From contig CM022671.1 in NCBI GenBank assembly GCA_012295275.1, forward strand, positions 7,440,001 through 7,504,000: 64,000 bases of DNA, read 5' to 3'. Under the pieces are notes generated by a model. The model was not told the DNA's origin. It did not search any database and saw only the letters and a program-made list of their open reading frames with translations. The position numbers were made by a program, and so were the translations under genes. Shown piece after piece: positions 28,123 through 40,578 of the stretch. The stretch's first letter is position 1. The number at the start of each line of letters is the position of its first letter. Source of the stretch: Chrysomallon squamiferum (Eukaryota > Animalia > Mollusca).

Positions 28123-31100
28123 TCAACTGTAAGCATCATAGGGGTGTACAATTCCTTGACTGTGAAGACTTGACAACCTATGCTCAACAGATTCCTTGTC
28201 TGAGAAAAAAAAATAAAAATAATAAAAATATTACAAGGAAGTATTGAAATAAAAGTTAATTTTAAAAAGATTTCAAAATATTTTACAAATTTACTTGATA
28301 GACACAAAACAAATAATTAAGTAAAAAGATAATAATAAATAAAAAGCAAATAATAAAATAGTCTATAAGAAATAGGAAACTGTATTATAAGAACTAATCA
28401 AATTGGATTTCAAGTAAAATAAAATACTCCAATTTAAAAAACAATAAATAAAAAATAACAAAAATAAAAAAAAAAAAAAAAAAAATAAAAAAAATAAAAA
28501 ATATAATATGTAAAACAAATAAAATAAAATAAATACTTTTTTTTAAAAATTTTTATTTGTCTGTTAAAAAAGCATTTCCTTGCAAACATTTCCTTCTATT
28601 TTTGAAGTTCAGTTTACAGAAACAAGCAGAGTGATGAAAATACTCACATTTGTTGAGAAGGTCTTTGTCACGCTGATTTCTGGCTTGTTGGGCAAGACTG
28701 TGCAGCAAAATTTGGGCAAGTGTATATCTTCTGAAACACTGCAAATACATTCCATTTTGTTAGTTATTCAGTTTTAACATCATCTGTTTTTTAACCACAA
28801 AATCTAAACACAAAACACTACACAAAATATATTTAGTATTCAAAACTGTCTGACTAAAATCTAAACACTAAGCAAAACATATTTAGCATTCAAAACTGTG
28901 TGAAAGTTTTGTACAGCATGAGAAATGGAACAACAGTAATGCTAACACTTATTTATCTTACTTTACATTTTAATAATTCTCCTTTTAAAATGAAGTTACT
29001 TACCTCTTGTGGGTTTCCAAACAGTTCATCTAAAGCAGCTCCCTGACACTATTAGGCAAAAAAAAAAAAAAAAATTTTTTTTTTCAAATTCTAAAGAATG
29101 ATAGGGTAATAAAATAATATAAAGAATGAGATTATACAGGATGTTTTTTTTTTTTTTCTTTTTTCTGCTTTGTTATATCCAGGAATAACATTTAATGCTT
29201 CAGTAATATTTCCTCTCATATGAAAATTATTAATCACTATAATAATGATGTCCTTGTCCAGTTCTGGATCTAACATTTTACAACATATTTTTTTTTTACT
29301 GACATTAAAGTAGGATAATAATCTTTAGCAAGTATAATAACAATTAAAATATGATAGTATTATTTAACAAGTTAAATAACAATTAAATATGATAATAATC
29401 TTTAGCAAGTTAAATAACAGTTGAAATAAGATGATCCTTATCAAGTTGAATAACACTTAAAATAGGAAAATAATCCTTAACAACTTAAATAACAGTTGAA
29501 ATAGGATAATAATCCTTAGCAAGTTAAATAACAGTTTAAAAAGTGATGCATTCTCTCTCTTTCTCTGAAATATACAGACAAAAAATATGGTTACCATTTC
29601 TATAGCATAGTTGTAGATGAGCTTGTCTGCTGTTGACACCACCAGCTGTGGTGTCAGTGGTGTTTTACAAGTGGTGCCGAGTCGCTGGTGTAGCTGCCTG
29701 CACTCTGCCACACACTTGTGATAATACTCATTCATCTGCTTGAGAACTGAACAAAAACAGAAAAAAACCCATCAATAAATAATATGGAAACTCAATAAAT
29801 AAATAAATAAACAAAAATAAAAATAAATAATAATAATTGCAATAAAGATAATATTTCAACTTACAAAGAAGAATTTTAATTAAAATTTTAAACATTTATC
29901 CTTGGCTAAAAAAAACAAATGATTTTTGTGAAACAAGTGGAACAACCAGCAGGCTTTTACAAGCGTATTAAAATATTTACATCATGTCTATTTGTACATT
30001 TTAAAAATAAAACACTGACCAATTTTGAGTGAGTTTGACGGCTGAAGTCTTTCTGCTTTAACTTCTTGTCTGGCTAGATGTAGACTGGAGGACAGAAGAT
30101 GCAGAGATCTCACATACAGGACTAACTGCTCCAGTCGTCTGTAAATTATATCATAGTAGTAACAGTTTAGTATTCAAGTTAATTCTGAATTTAAATCCAA
30201 AAACATAGATATATTCCAACCAATTCTGACTAACTATATTTAATATTACAATTGTACACATACATATCTCATATACAAAACAATGGTTCAAAGAAGAATA
30301 TCTGATGTGCAGAAGTATCTGTTTCAGACATCTGTAAATTATATCACAGTATTAACAGTTCACTATTCAGGTTAAGCCCAAACTGATTTGAGTATATATA
30401 TACCAAAACACAACTGTACTCCATATACTCAACCAATTTTGTAATTCTAATAAATTATATGTAATATCAAACTATGTACATACATATCTCAAACGCATAC
30501 AAAATGCTCAAGATGACTGTTGAATACGATCAAGAAAGAATGTTTTGCTGTAACCTCATTTCATACAACTTTGATATATCTGAACTATTTCAACTAATAA
30601 GTTTTAATTTCAGTTTTAATCCCATTTGAAAAAAAAAATAAAATAAAAAAAAAAAAAAAAAAAAAATATAAATATATAATTTATAAAATTTAATGCAATA
30701 ATAAAAAAATATATGTAGCAAAATTATGGAATACATTTTAAAACAATGTATTCCAATATGATTCTGATCAAAATTTTTGTTGTAGCCAAATTTACATAAA
30801 TTGAAACATTTGCACACCTTTGAGCTTCAGTAAATCTTGGTATCTGTTCTGCTGGTAAACTTTCTCCCTTGAAAACAAATTGAAAAGATTCAATGAATAA
30901 TAAATAAATATATTACAAATGTCAGATAATATTTAAGGTTTCTAACAGAACACTATAAAATGTATGTACACTAATAATAATCAGTATATCACTGTTTTCT
31001 TTTCCCTTTTTAACAACAAATATACATAAGCTAAAGAGAAAAAAAAAGACTGACGATCACCTGATACATCTTCAACATTACACCATCATCAAACATCTTT

Positions 31101-34100
31101 AATTCTTACACTTACAAATAGCAATAAAAAATTTTTAAGATAATAAAACTGCAAATAATCACTGATATTTAATTATTTTTAAATCTCAGTTAAATATGTG
31201 CTCAGATACTGATAAAAAAAAGGAAAAAAAAAAAAAAAACCACAGAAAAAACACAGAAAGAAACCAAACAAATGTAGTATTACCTGCTTGCATGAGACAG
31301 AATCAGTGAAAGTGCTTAAAGCTGCTCCTCGGACTCTTGCCAGCTCCATAATACATTCTACCAGATCCAGTACAAAACTCAGCTTGCCCATTATTTCATT
31401 ATGCTCTTCCTATAAAACAACAGTTATTACAAGTAATAACATCTGTCTGTGAGTGAAAACAAAACAGTATGATAGTTCCACTTAACAATGATATAGCAAT
31501 AAAAACATATAGCAATAAAAACAAAGATGCTGTGTAATTTCTTTAAACTGGACACTCATTAAACTGGAATGTGGTTATAATCTCATGATTTAAAAACAAA
31601 AACCTGTAACAAACCAAACTCTGTTTCCAACAAAACTTTTTCATTTTTAAACTTGGTCCCAATACTGCTTGTTTGTCACTGTATATAACTGGTAATCATT
31701 TAAACTCTAAAATGTCCACCTTCAATCCAAACCTTACTCTGTTAACAATAAAAGAAAGTTCATTTATTTTGAGTTCTGTAATCCAGATCTTATTATTATA
31801 TGTATTTATAACCATGGAATTCTTACTTTATTAATTTTTTCATACAAAAACACAAATATCAAAGAGTTTATTTAGATTAAACTTATTTTGATATAAATGC
31901 ACAAACATAACATTATCTGATAACATTAAAAAATGACTGTAATCTGTTTTGTATTTCATATACTTACATTCATGAGTATATCTTCAGAGAGTTCAGGGGC
32001 AATGAAAGTCACTGGTCCCTCCATGTTGGGTGGGGACTGGGCGTACATCTGTGATGTTGGTGACGAACTCTCCATGAATGTACTGTTGGTGCGCTTTAAG
32101 TAAGACGAAGATCTGTCACGCTCCAGTGAACCCAGCTTTTCTTTCTCATTGACAAATGAACCACGTCGTTCTGTGTTGCCTCCATATTGCATCATGGTGC
32201 CTGCTGCTGAATGAAATGCGTCATGTTGTTAAAAAAAGATTTTTTTTTAGTCGAGTTGGTTTGAAATATCAGTGTTAGGATGAATTGATGTGAAATATGT
32301 CCAGTTGTGAGAATAACTGTCATTTCCAATTAGTGGTTTATTTAAAATATTGATATTAAACTCATCAATCTCAAAATTAATAATTTGCAGAATATAAAAA
32401 GTTGGATGCTGTAATTAAAATATTAATAACTTGATATTACAGATATTTTTTTAGGAATATAATAATGTAATTAATTATCTACTATAAACAGTTAAAAAAA
32501 AATTTATTTGTGTTCTCTGACTTGGGTTCTATTTCATCAGTTCTAATCAAACAACTACTAACTATTCCTAGTTAATATATGATTAGTATATTAAAAGGTA
32601 TGAAAATGAATTTTTGTGCCCAGATAAAAAAAGTCCCTCCTAATCTTTTTTTTTAATCTGCAAGTTACCATGAGTTATAAAACTATAAAGTGTGAATAAA
32701 TTTGTTTGTCAGAATTTTAGGGAACAGAAAACTCATAGTTACGTTGGGGTTGGTTGGCAAAAGCTGCTCTCAGAAGCTGTTGAGAGAGAAGAGACTGGCC
32801 ACGAGCTAGAGAGCCTGGGTCGCTGTTAGTTCGGTGGTATTCCATGTTGTGTATCTCGTGAGGAGAAACTGATAATAATCAAATTTAATACAAAAATAAA
32901 TACAAGCTTTTCATTCATAACAATTTTATTTGGAACATCCATTTGAAAGCTATTTTACTTATAAACATTAATTTTGAAATGAAATTTTTTTTTTGTCTGT
33001 TGTGTATTTCATGAGGAGAAATTGAAAATATTCAAATTTAATACAAAAATAAATATATTTTATTTACAACTGTTATCTCAGCTTATTTAGCTTTATTCAA
33101 ATTTATAAGGTGGAGATTAAAACAGAAATTCTAAAATATTTTGTTTATAAAAATCTATTATTAAAGTAATTATATTTTTCATTAATAATAATAATTATCC
33201 TAACAAAAATTACTTTTAATTTTCTTTTTTTGGTTAAACAATAAAGAAAATTAGTATCTATTAAACTAACATTAAATTTAAACTATTCTCAAATTCTTGC
33301 ATATTCATCTGATTTCAGAATTTAAATTATAATAAAAAAGTGGAAAATATTAAACTGAATTTCTTGTTTTTATTTCAAAATGTAAATCCATCTTAAAGCA
33401 AGAGAATATTTTCTAATTATTTAAATAATAATAATAATAAAAATAATAACAACAACAACAACAAATATAATAATAAATATTATAGATAAATAAATAATAT
33501 ATATATATATATATCATCAACTGAAGGAAAATAACAAGGCTACCTTCTTTATTAGTAAAAGTCAGGGTACCCAGATGCTCTGGAGGATTGTTATTATGGC
33601 TTCCTCCAAACGGTGCTTGAAGATATTCTTGTTGGTATTCCTCTGGACTGCAGCGGAAGTCAAAGCCAGCAGGAATTCTAGCTGGCGAGCCAAGGATGGG
33701 AGGAAGAGATCCTGGAGCAGCAAATGGCAAGGGAGAAAAACGTGGGGAACTGTTGAAGCCTGTAACGAAAATAATGGAAAATAATAAAAATAGAGGTGTT
33801 GGTGCCAGTAATCAAAAATGATGGAAATTAATGGAACTAGATCTGTTGGTGCCTGTAATAAAAATAATGGAAAATAATGATAGTAGAAGTATTAGTACCT
33901 ACAATAAAAATAATGGAAACAAAAGTTTTGGAGCCTTTAATGAAAATAATGGAAACAGAAGTTTCAATTATTGTAATAAAAATAATGGAAATTCAAAAGA
34001 CATCATAATGTTCTTAAGAAAAAACACCTGAAAAAGTTATTAAATACATGGATTTTCCCCTTTGTTAAAACAAAGAAGAAAAATAACCAAGGTGGGTACT

Positions 34101-37100
34101 AAATAATGCAGTGTAAAAATACAATTATGGTACAGGTCATGAAAATATATTGCAACAATCTGCTTTATGTAGCTGAATTGTCTGAAAACATCATTTACCC
34201 ATCTTCAAAAATATACTACTAGACTAGCACACTAAACAGTTATTATTCTACTGAAGAAACCAGTAAAACAGTTACTAAAAGATAATATTAAGCTGTGCAG
34301 ATTTGCAATGTATTTAGTCTGAAAGGAGTTTTTTGAAAGCATGAACAGTCTGTGACATTCATAATGGTTGTTATAAACAATTGTTTAAAAAACAGAAAAC
34401 TTTATATTAAACAGTAACTCACTGTTTTTCCTATGTGGTGATCCAGACAAGCTGGGAGGAGTTCCACTGTTTCTGTTGGGTGGGGTGCTTGTCCGCTTCC
34501 ACTGACCAGCAGCATTAGGAGGTGTGCCAATAGTGAACTGAACTGAAAACAAGAAAATTCAGTTTATTTTACTGTACCACATGGTAGAAAGGGTGAAGTT
34601 ATATATAGTTTTGTGGCATGTAACTGTGTGAACACAATAATATAAATATAAGAGACTGAGATCTGGATAAAAAAAAGACAACAGAAAGCAGCAGAAATAT
34701 TTTCTTACACTACTGAATTTATTGTTGTAATTTATTATTAACAAAGATTCACGTCTAAAAACAATAACAGAAAGTAATTAATATATATTTTTTTTTTTTT
34801 AAATGCATTTTTCAGAAGTAACTGACAGAAAAACTCACCACTAGGGGGCGAGAGAGATCCAAGATCTGGCCCACTTAATCTCGACTCAGAATTAGGCCTA
34901 GACAGAGGTTTTTCTCAACAGGAATCTGAAAACATCAATAACAATCAACATCTTTAACCTACTTCAAAATACGATAACTGAGCAATAATGAGAAGGCTTA
35001 TAAGCTTATTACATTGGTGCATGTTTTGAATGGCGTGTAAGTAAAAACATCTCTTTACCCGGGCTAGTTCTCCTGGAGACGTCTGTACCCTTTTGACATT
35101 CTTAGGACTAGAAGGAGAAATGGGCTGCTGCTTCTGGCTAACTCTGACCTGAGTGGGAACAGGAATGGGTTGAGAAGAAGGGGTTGAGGTAGTGGGGCTC
35201 TGTACTTGCAGGGTTGACGGGCGACTTGGGCTCATCAGGGAGTCTTTCTTGAATGCTACTGTCCCAACATCAGTTCGGACTGTTATTGCTTTTAGAGAGG
35301 GTGGTGGTGCATCACTGAAAAGTAAATAATGACTAAATCAGTGTTGTCACTTTATTTTTTAATAAAAAAAAACAACTATGTTGGTATATTGCTGCAAAAA
35401 AAAAACAAAAAAACAAACAATTATGTTGGAATATTGCTGCAAAAAATAAAAAATAAAAAACAAGTTAAAAAATAAATAATGGATTTTTAAATGACTCTAT
35501 TTGTGTAATTAATAACTAAATAAGAGTTGTGTAATTAATTTTAATGAAAACCTCTTCAGGTATGTTGATGAAAAAAAAAATAGTTTGATAACTGAATAAC
35601 CAATTATTAAATGATAATTTATGTGATTAACAACTGAGTGTTATCAAATTACTTTTAATGAAAAGCTCATTAAATATATTGCCAAAAAAAAAAACATAAA
35701 AATAGTTTAAAAAATGAATAATCAATTTTTAAATGATAATTTATGTATTTAATAACTAAATAAGAATTATATCATTACTTTTAACAAAAAGCTGTAAACA
35801 ATTAACAAAATTCTTGCATTAGAAAAGGATGGAATGCTTCTAGGGTTGAGACAGATATGCATAAAAAATTAATAATTATATTAATGAGTGATAGCTTTTG
35901 TAATTTCAATTTTACGTTTAACAGACATTACTGATTTTTATTATAAGTTGATTGGTGTATTTATTACAGAACACAGATATAATCACAACTTACCCCAGGG
36001 TATCCATGTCTTCTTCAGAAGCCATTGGTGCTTTAGCTGCAGCTGCTGGCCCATCTACAACAACAACACTTGAAATCAGACTTAAAACTTCAAGTTAAAT
36101 TTAAAGATACATTCTAAAAATGTCAAAACAAATTAAAATACATTTATAAACATTTAAGCAGAAATGTACATAAAAATTAATTATGTTATTATTCAGTTAT
36201 TTCAATTCTACAAAGTTGAGGAATACTCACCAAAATGGTCACTGTGCAAGTTCTCTGATACAAGAACAAAATCCTGTAAGCAAAAAGCAAATATATTATG
36301 AAACGTATTCAGTGTTTAAATATATATACATAAAAAATATATTAACTAAATATTGCAACTTTCTTATTAACAATCTCTTCTACCCAATTTTAATTAAATG
36401 CCAAAAACAAACAAACAAAACAACAAACAACTAACAAACAAATAAAACATATCTTCTGGAAGTATGTAAAATATATTCAGGTTAAATTTTCACATCATAC
36501 ATTAATAAAAGGAAGTATCACTTACTTCAGTAGGACTTTGAGTTCTGTATTCCAAGCCATCTTTGTCAACCTTCAAGAAGTCAGCTTCATCAGGAGGAGA
36601 TGGTGGAACATCATCAAGGACATCATCAATTTTTGGTGCAAGTGGAGCCTTCAACTATAACAATGAAATTAAAAAACAATAATAAAATAAAATAAATAAT
36701 ACTTAAAAATATTATAATTTAATAACTGCAGACCTTATTCCTTAGGAGCAAAATAAAACCAGTGTGGGCAAAACAAATTTTGATAATTATTTTATTCTAC
36801 TCAACATTTATGAGATCAGATCAGATAAAAAAAACTATATTATAGTATATAAAGTAGTGAACAATAGCCTACTTGTGGTGAAGAAGTGAGATCAGTGCTT
36901 CCTGGAGTTGGAGATGGACCAGACTGTTTTCCAGGAGTGGAACTTTCCGAAGAAAAACTCTGGCTGCGACTTGGTACTGGAACTGGCTTAGCTACAAAGA
37001 CATATTAAATAATTAGTACTGGTAAGTATAATATGAATATGACTTTATACTAAGGTTCAAAGTTGCGAATGACATACACACAGTTATTTACACATCTCAC

Positions 37101-40099
37101 TCTCTTTATCAAAATTATTCTTCACTTGCTATGAAAATAAAATAATTTTATATTTAACCAAAGTATATACAAAATGTCACTGTATGATTACTTACAAGCT
37201 GGTTTGTGTGCAGATCGCAGAACAAATGGATGTTTGAAGAAATCCTCTGAAAATAATAAAATTATTTCTTTTAGAATATTTCAAGAGTTTATTGGAATAC
37301 TTGCCGAACTTGATCCCAAAATATATAAATAAAAACTATAATAACTTGCCCAGATAACCATATAAAAAAAATACAATTAAATCTTAGTATTCTTATACCA
37401 AATGTGCTTTATACAAAATATTTTTGTTTTATATGATAAAAATCATAAAAAAATATATAAAAATACACATTGTTAAATTTAAATACATCTGTGATAAGAA
37501 TATGAAAATCTAATAATATTTTTTATATTATTTGTTTTTATTGGTGCTATGATTTTATTATACTCACCAAATTCAATTCTGTCCTTGGCATTTCTTTTCA
37601 GCAGTTTTAGTAAGAGATCACGTAATTCTGGAGAGGTTCCACTGGGAATACTGTTAAAAATAAACAAACAGATTAACAAAATTCTATAGCAAATTAATGT
37701 ATTTCAAATAATGTATCTATATATGTAAGCAAATAAATTCAAAATTTTAAATTAAATAAAAAAATATAATTATCTTTTTAACATTTTGATGTTTAACTTA
37801 ATTTTTTTGTTTTATGTATAAGGAGGAGCAAAATTTCTCTGCAACTCTTTCCAAATATCAGGATAGAAAAAAAATATATCCATTTATCAGTAGTTATGTC
37901 AGTGACCAGATTGCTTTCAGAGGGTTAAAATGAAAGCATTCAGATGTTTTGTAGAAGAACTGATTTACTGTCATAATTTGTTATTATGTATTATTTATTA
38001 AACTACTCAGAACAATGAAAATAATATATCAGAAGTATAAACAATTTTGCTTTGACCATTTGTGCACACCACTGCACATATATTTTAAGACACTGAACTA
38101 CTTACTTGGGAACAAGATTACTGTTTTTCTCGTAGAAATGCTTGAGTTGTTGTGGTGTTTGAGCCTGGAATGGAGCTTTGCCTGTCAGACACTGGAAGAC
38201 AATTGTACCTATACTCCACAGGTCAGCTTTAGCATCGTACTGAATTGACATGATCACCTCTGGAGCCTGCAACACATACCACACATACAAAATAGACACT
38301 AGAACCAGGGAAAGATTTTATATTTCAGAAAACGAACATGCACTATTTCTTCAGAATATGTATTTTTCAACATTAAAATAAACTTCATTACAGAGAAGAA
38401 AAAACTGTTATTTACACAATGCTGCACTTATATCTACATGGACAAAGCATGATTTTTTAAACTTATACATGTAATTTAACCAAAACAATTGTAGAGGATT
38501 ATATTAACTGATTACAATCTATGTTAAACTTATACGCTTATTCTAACCAAATCAATAAAACTGTTGAGGATTATATCATCTTTCATTATAATTGTTTAAA
38601 TTTATTCATTTAATCTAACCAAAAGAGTAATAATTGTAACAGATTAAAGTTATAATAATGAGAACTGAGTGAAGATCATTGCTGACATGTAGATAATCCC
38701 GAAAATCTCCCATCATTTATAGGGGTGTGACTGCTAATAATAAATATGTTCAACTAACCATGTACATTGGCGAGCCACAGAGTGTTGCTGCCATAACACC
38801 ATCTTGTAAAAATCTCGCAAAGCCGAAATCAGCTGCAAATAAATATTCAATGAAATTTTAATTTAACTTTTATTATTATTATCATTATTATCATTATTTT
38901 ATCTCTGTTTTCAAATATTTTCTTTGTTTTTGCTTTGAAGTGTGAATTTCAATTTTATGTTTCAACAAACATGCACAAACATGCACAAACACAGACAGAC
39001 ACGCGTCTAAGAATTTTTTTTATTATGTGCATGATTTGTTATAATATTCATGTCAGAAATTAAAAAGAAAATGTAATAAAGCCATCTAATACACAAGTCG
39101 TACTTATTGTTATTCTACAGACAACATGCCTCAAGATGTGTATCTATGAAACATGAACAACATCCACAGTCTAAACCCAGTGACCCTAGACACCCTTGAC
39201 AACAATAGTCCAACACACACCCATAGGTCATTGGTCTGTCATGTGTATGATGCAACAGTATGTCATAATAAGATTACTTATTTATTATACATGAGGATTA
39301 CCAGAAACTAAATAGCACATTAAGCAAAAGTAGAGGCTTAAGTATGAAAGTCATGTACCAATTTTCAGCTTAATTTCTTTTGCTGGTGCGTTAGGTTTTC
39401 CAGGGTGACACAGCAATATGTTCTGAGGTTTTATGTCTCTGTGTACAATGCCTTTTCCATTCAAAGCTTTCATTGCTGCAGCTAGAAAATAATAACAGTG
39501 AAAAAAAACAATAATTTTAGATGATTGTATCTGTGAAGTGGGCTAGGAAATTTAAGACTGAAATAATATTTATATTATGTTTATGGAACTGTTTTTGTAT
39601 TAGGCTTTATTTTATATGCAGAAATGCAATTTAAAAAAACTTTATAATATATGTGTATGCACTACATAAGGTCATAGCAAATATTAAAAACACGTTTTAG
39701 AAAGATTGAAAAAATGTACATGTATTTTTTGGCAAACTGTTTTTTTTGTGTACAAATACATATGATGTTAAATCTAACATTCTGCAAGACCTGTTAAGAG
39801 TTCATGGAATATATTGTCCATACTGTTTTTGACAGATATTTTTACATTCATTAATGCTTGCTTAATTTGTTAATTCAGTAATGACTACTGTTTAGATTAC
39901 AAATAAATGAAATGTTATTTAATTTATTATTATTATAAATAAAAGAAATGGAAAATCACCAAACTTACCAATCTGTTTTAGAAACATGGATATAGTGTCT
40001 TCACTCAGGGTCCCTTTTGCTGAAAAGATAAACAAATAAAAATACATATACATATTAGCTGTAATTATGTTACTGTTTCTGAACTTAAATATAAAGATA

Positions 40100-40135
<36 letters not shown>

Positions 40136-40535
40136 AAAAAGAAAAAGAAAAATAAATAAATAAATAAAAAATAAATAAAAATGAAAAAAATAATATCTTA
40201 TGGCTCTTGAACAGTTTTCCTATGTGTTTTTTATTTATTTAACTTTGTATTTTCTTCAAATATGTTTTCTCTATGAAACTGTTTACAACATAAATATATA
40301 AATTACCTTGTAAGTAATCTGCCAGATCTCCTCCATTGCAATACTGAAATAGTGACATAAAAGCTGAGCTATATATTACACTCAAAACTGATTAAAAGTT
40401 ATAATATGCAAACTCATTCACTGCATATTTAGTAGCATTCCTACTAAATAATGCAGTAAAAATAAATATTTATGCCTATTTTAGGTTTTAAACCATTTAC
40501 TGTTAGTACTCATGTTTGTAAGTGTGTATTAGAAG

Positions 40536-40578
<43 letters not shown>

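Noticed and set aside
33831-34031. Asn-rich plus-strand ORF
   Set aside because: Produced by the acceptor-derived minisatellite.
38660-38735. Possible intronic C/D snoRNA in ULK intron 8
   Set aside because: The C-box is imperfect (ATGATGG) and there is no terminal CTGA D-box or closing stem.
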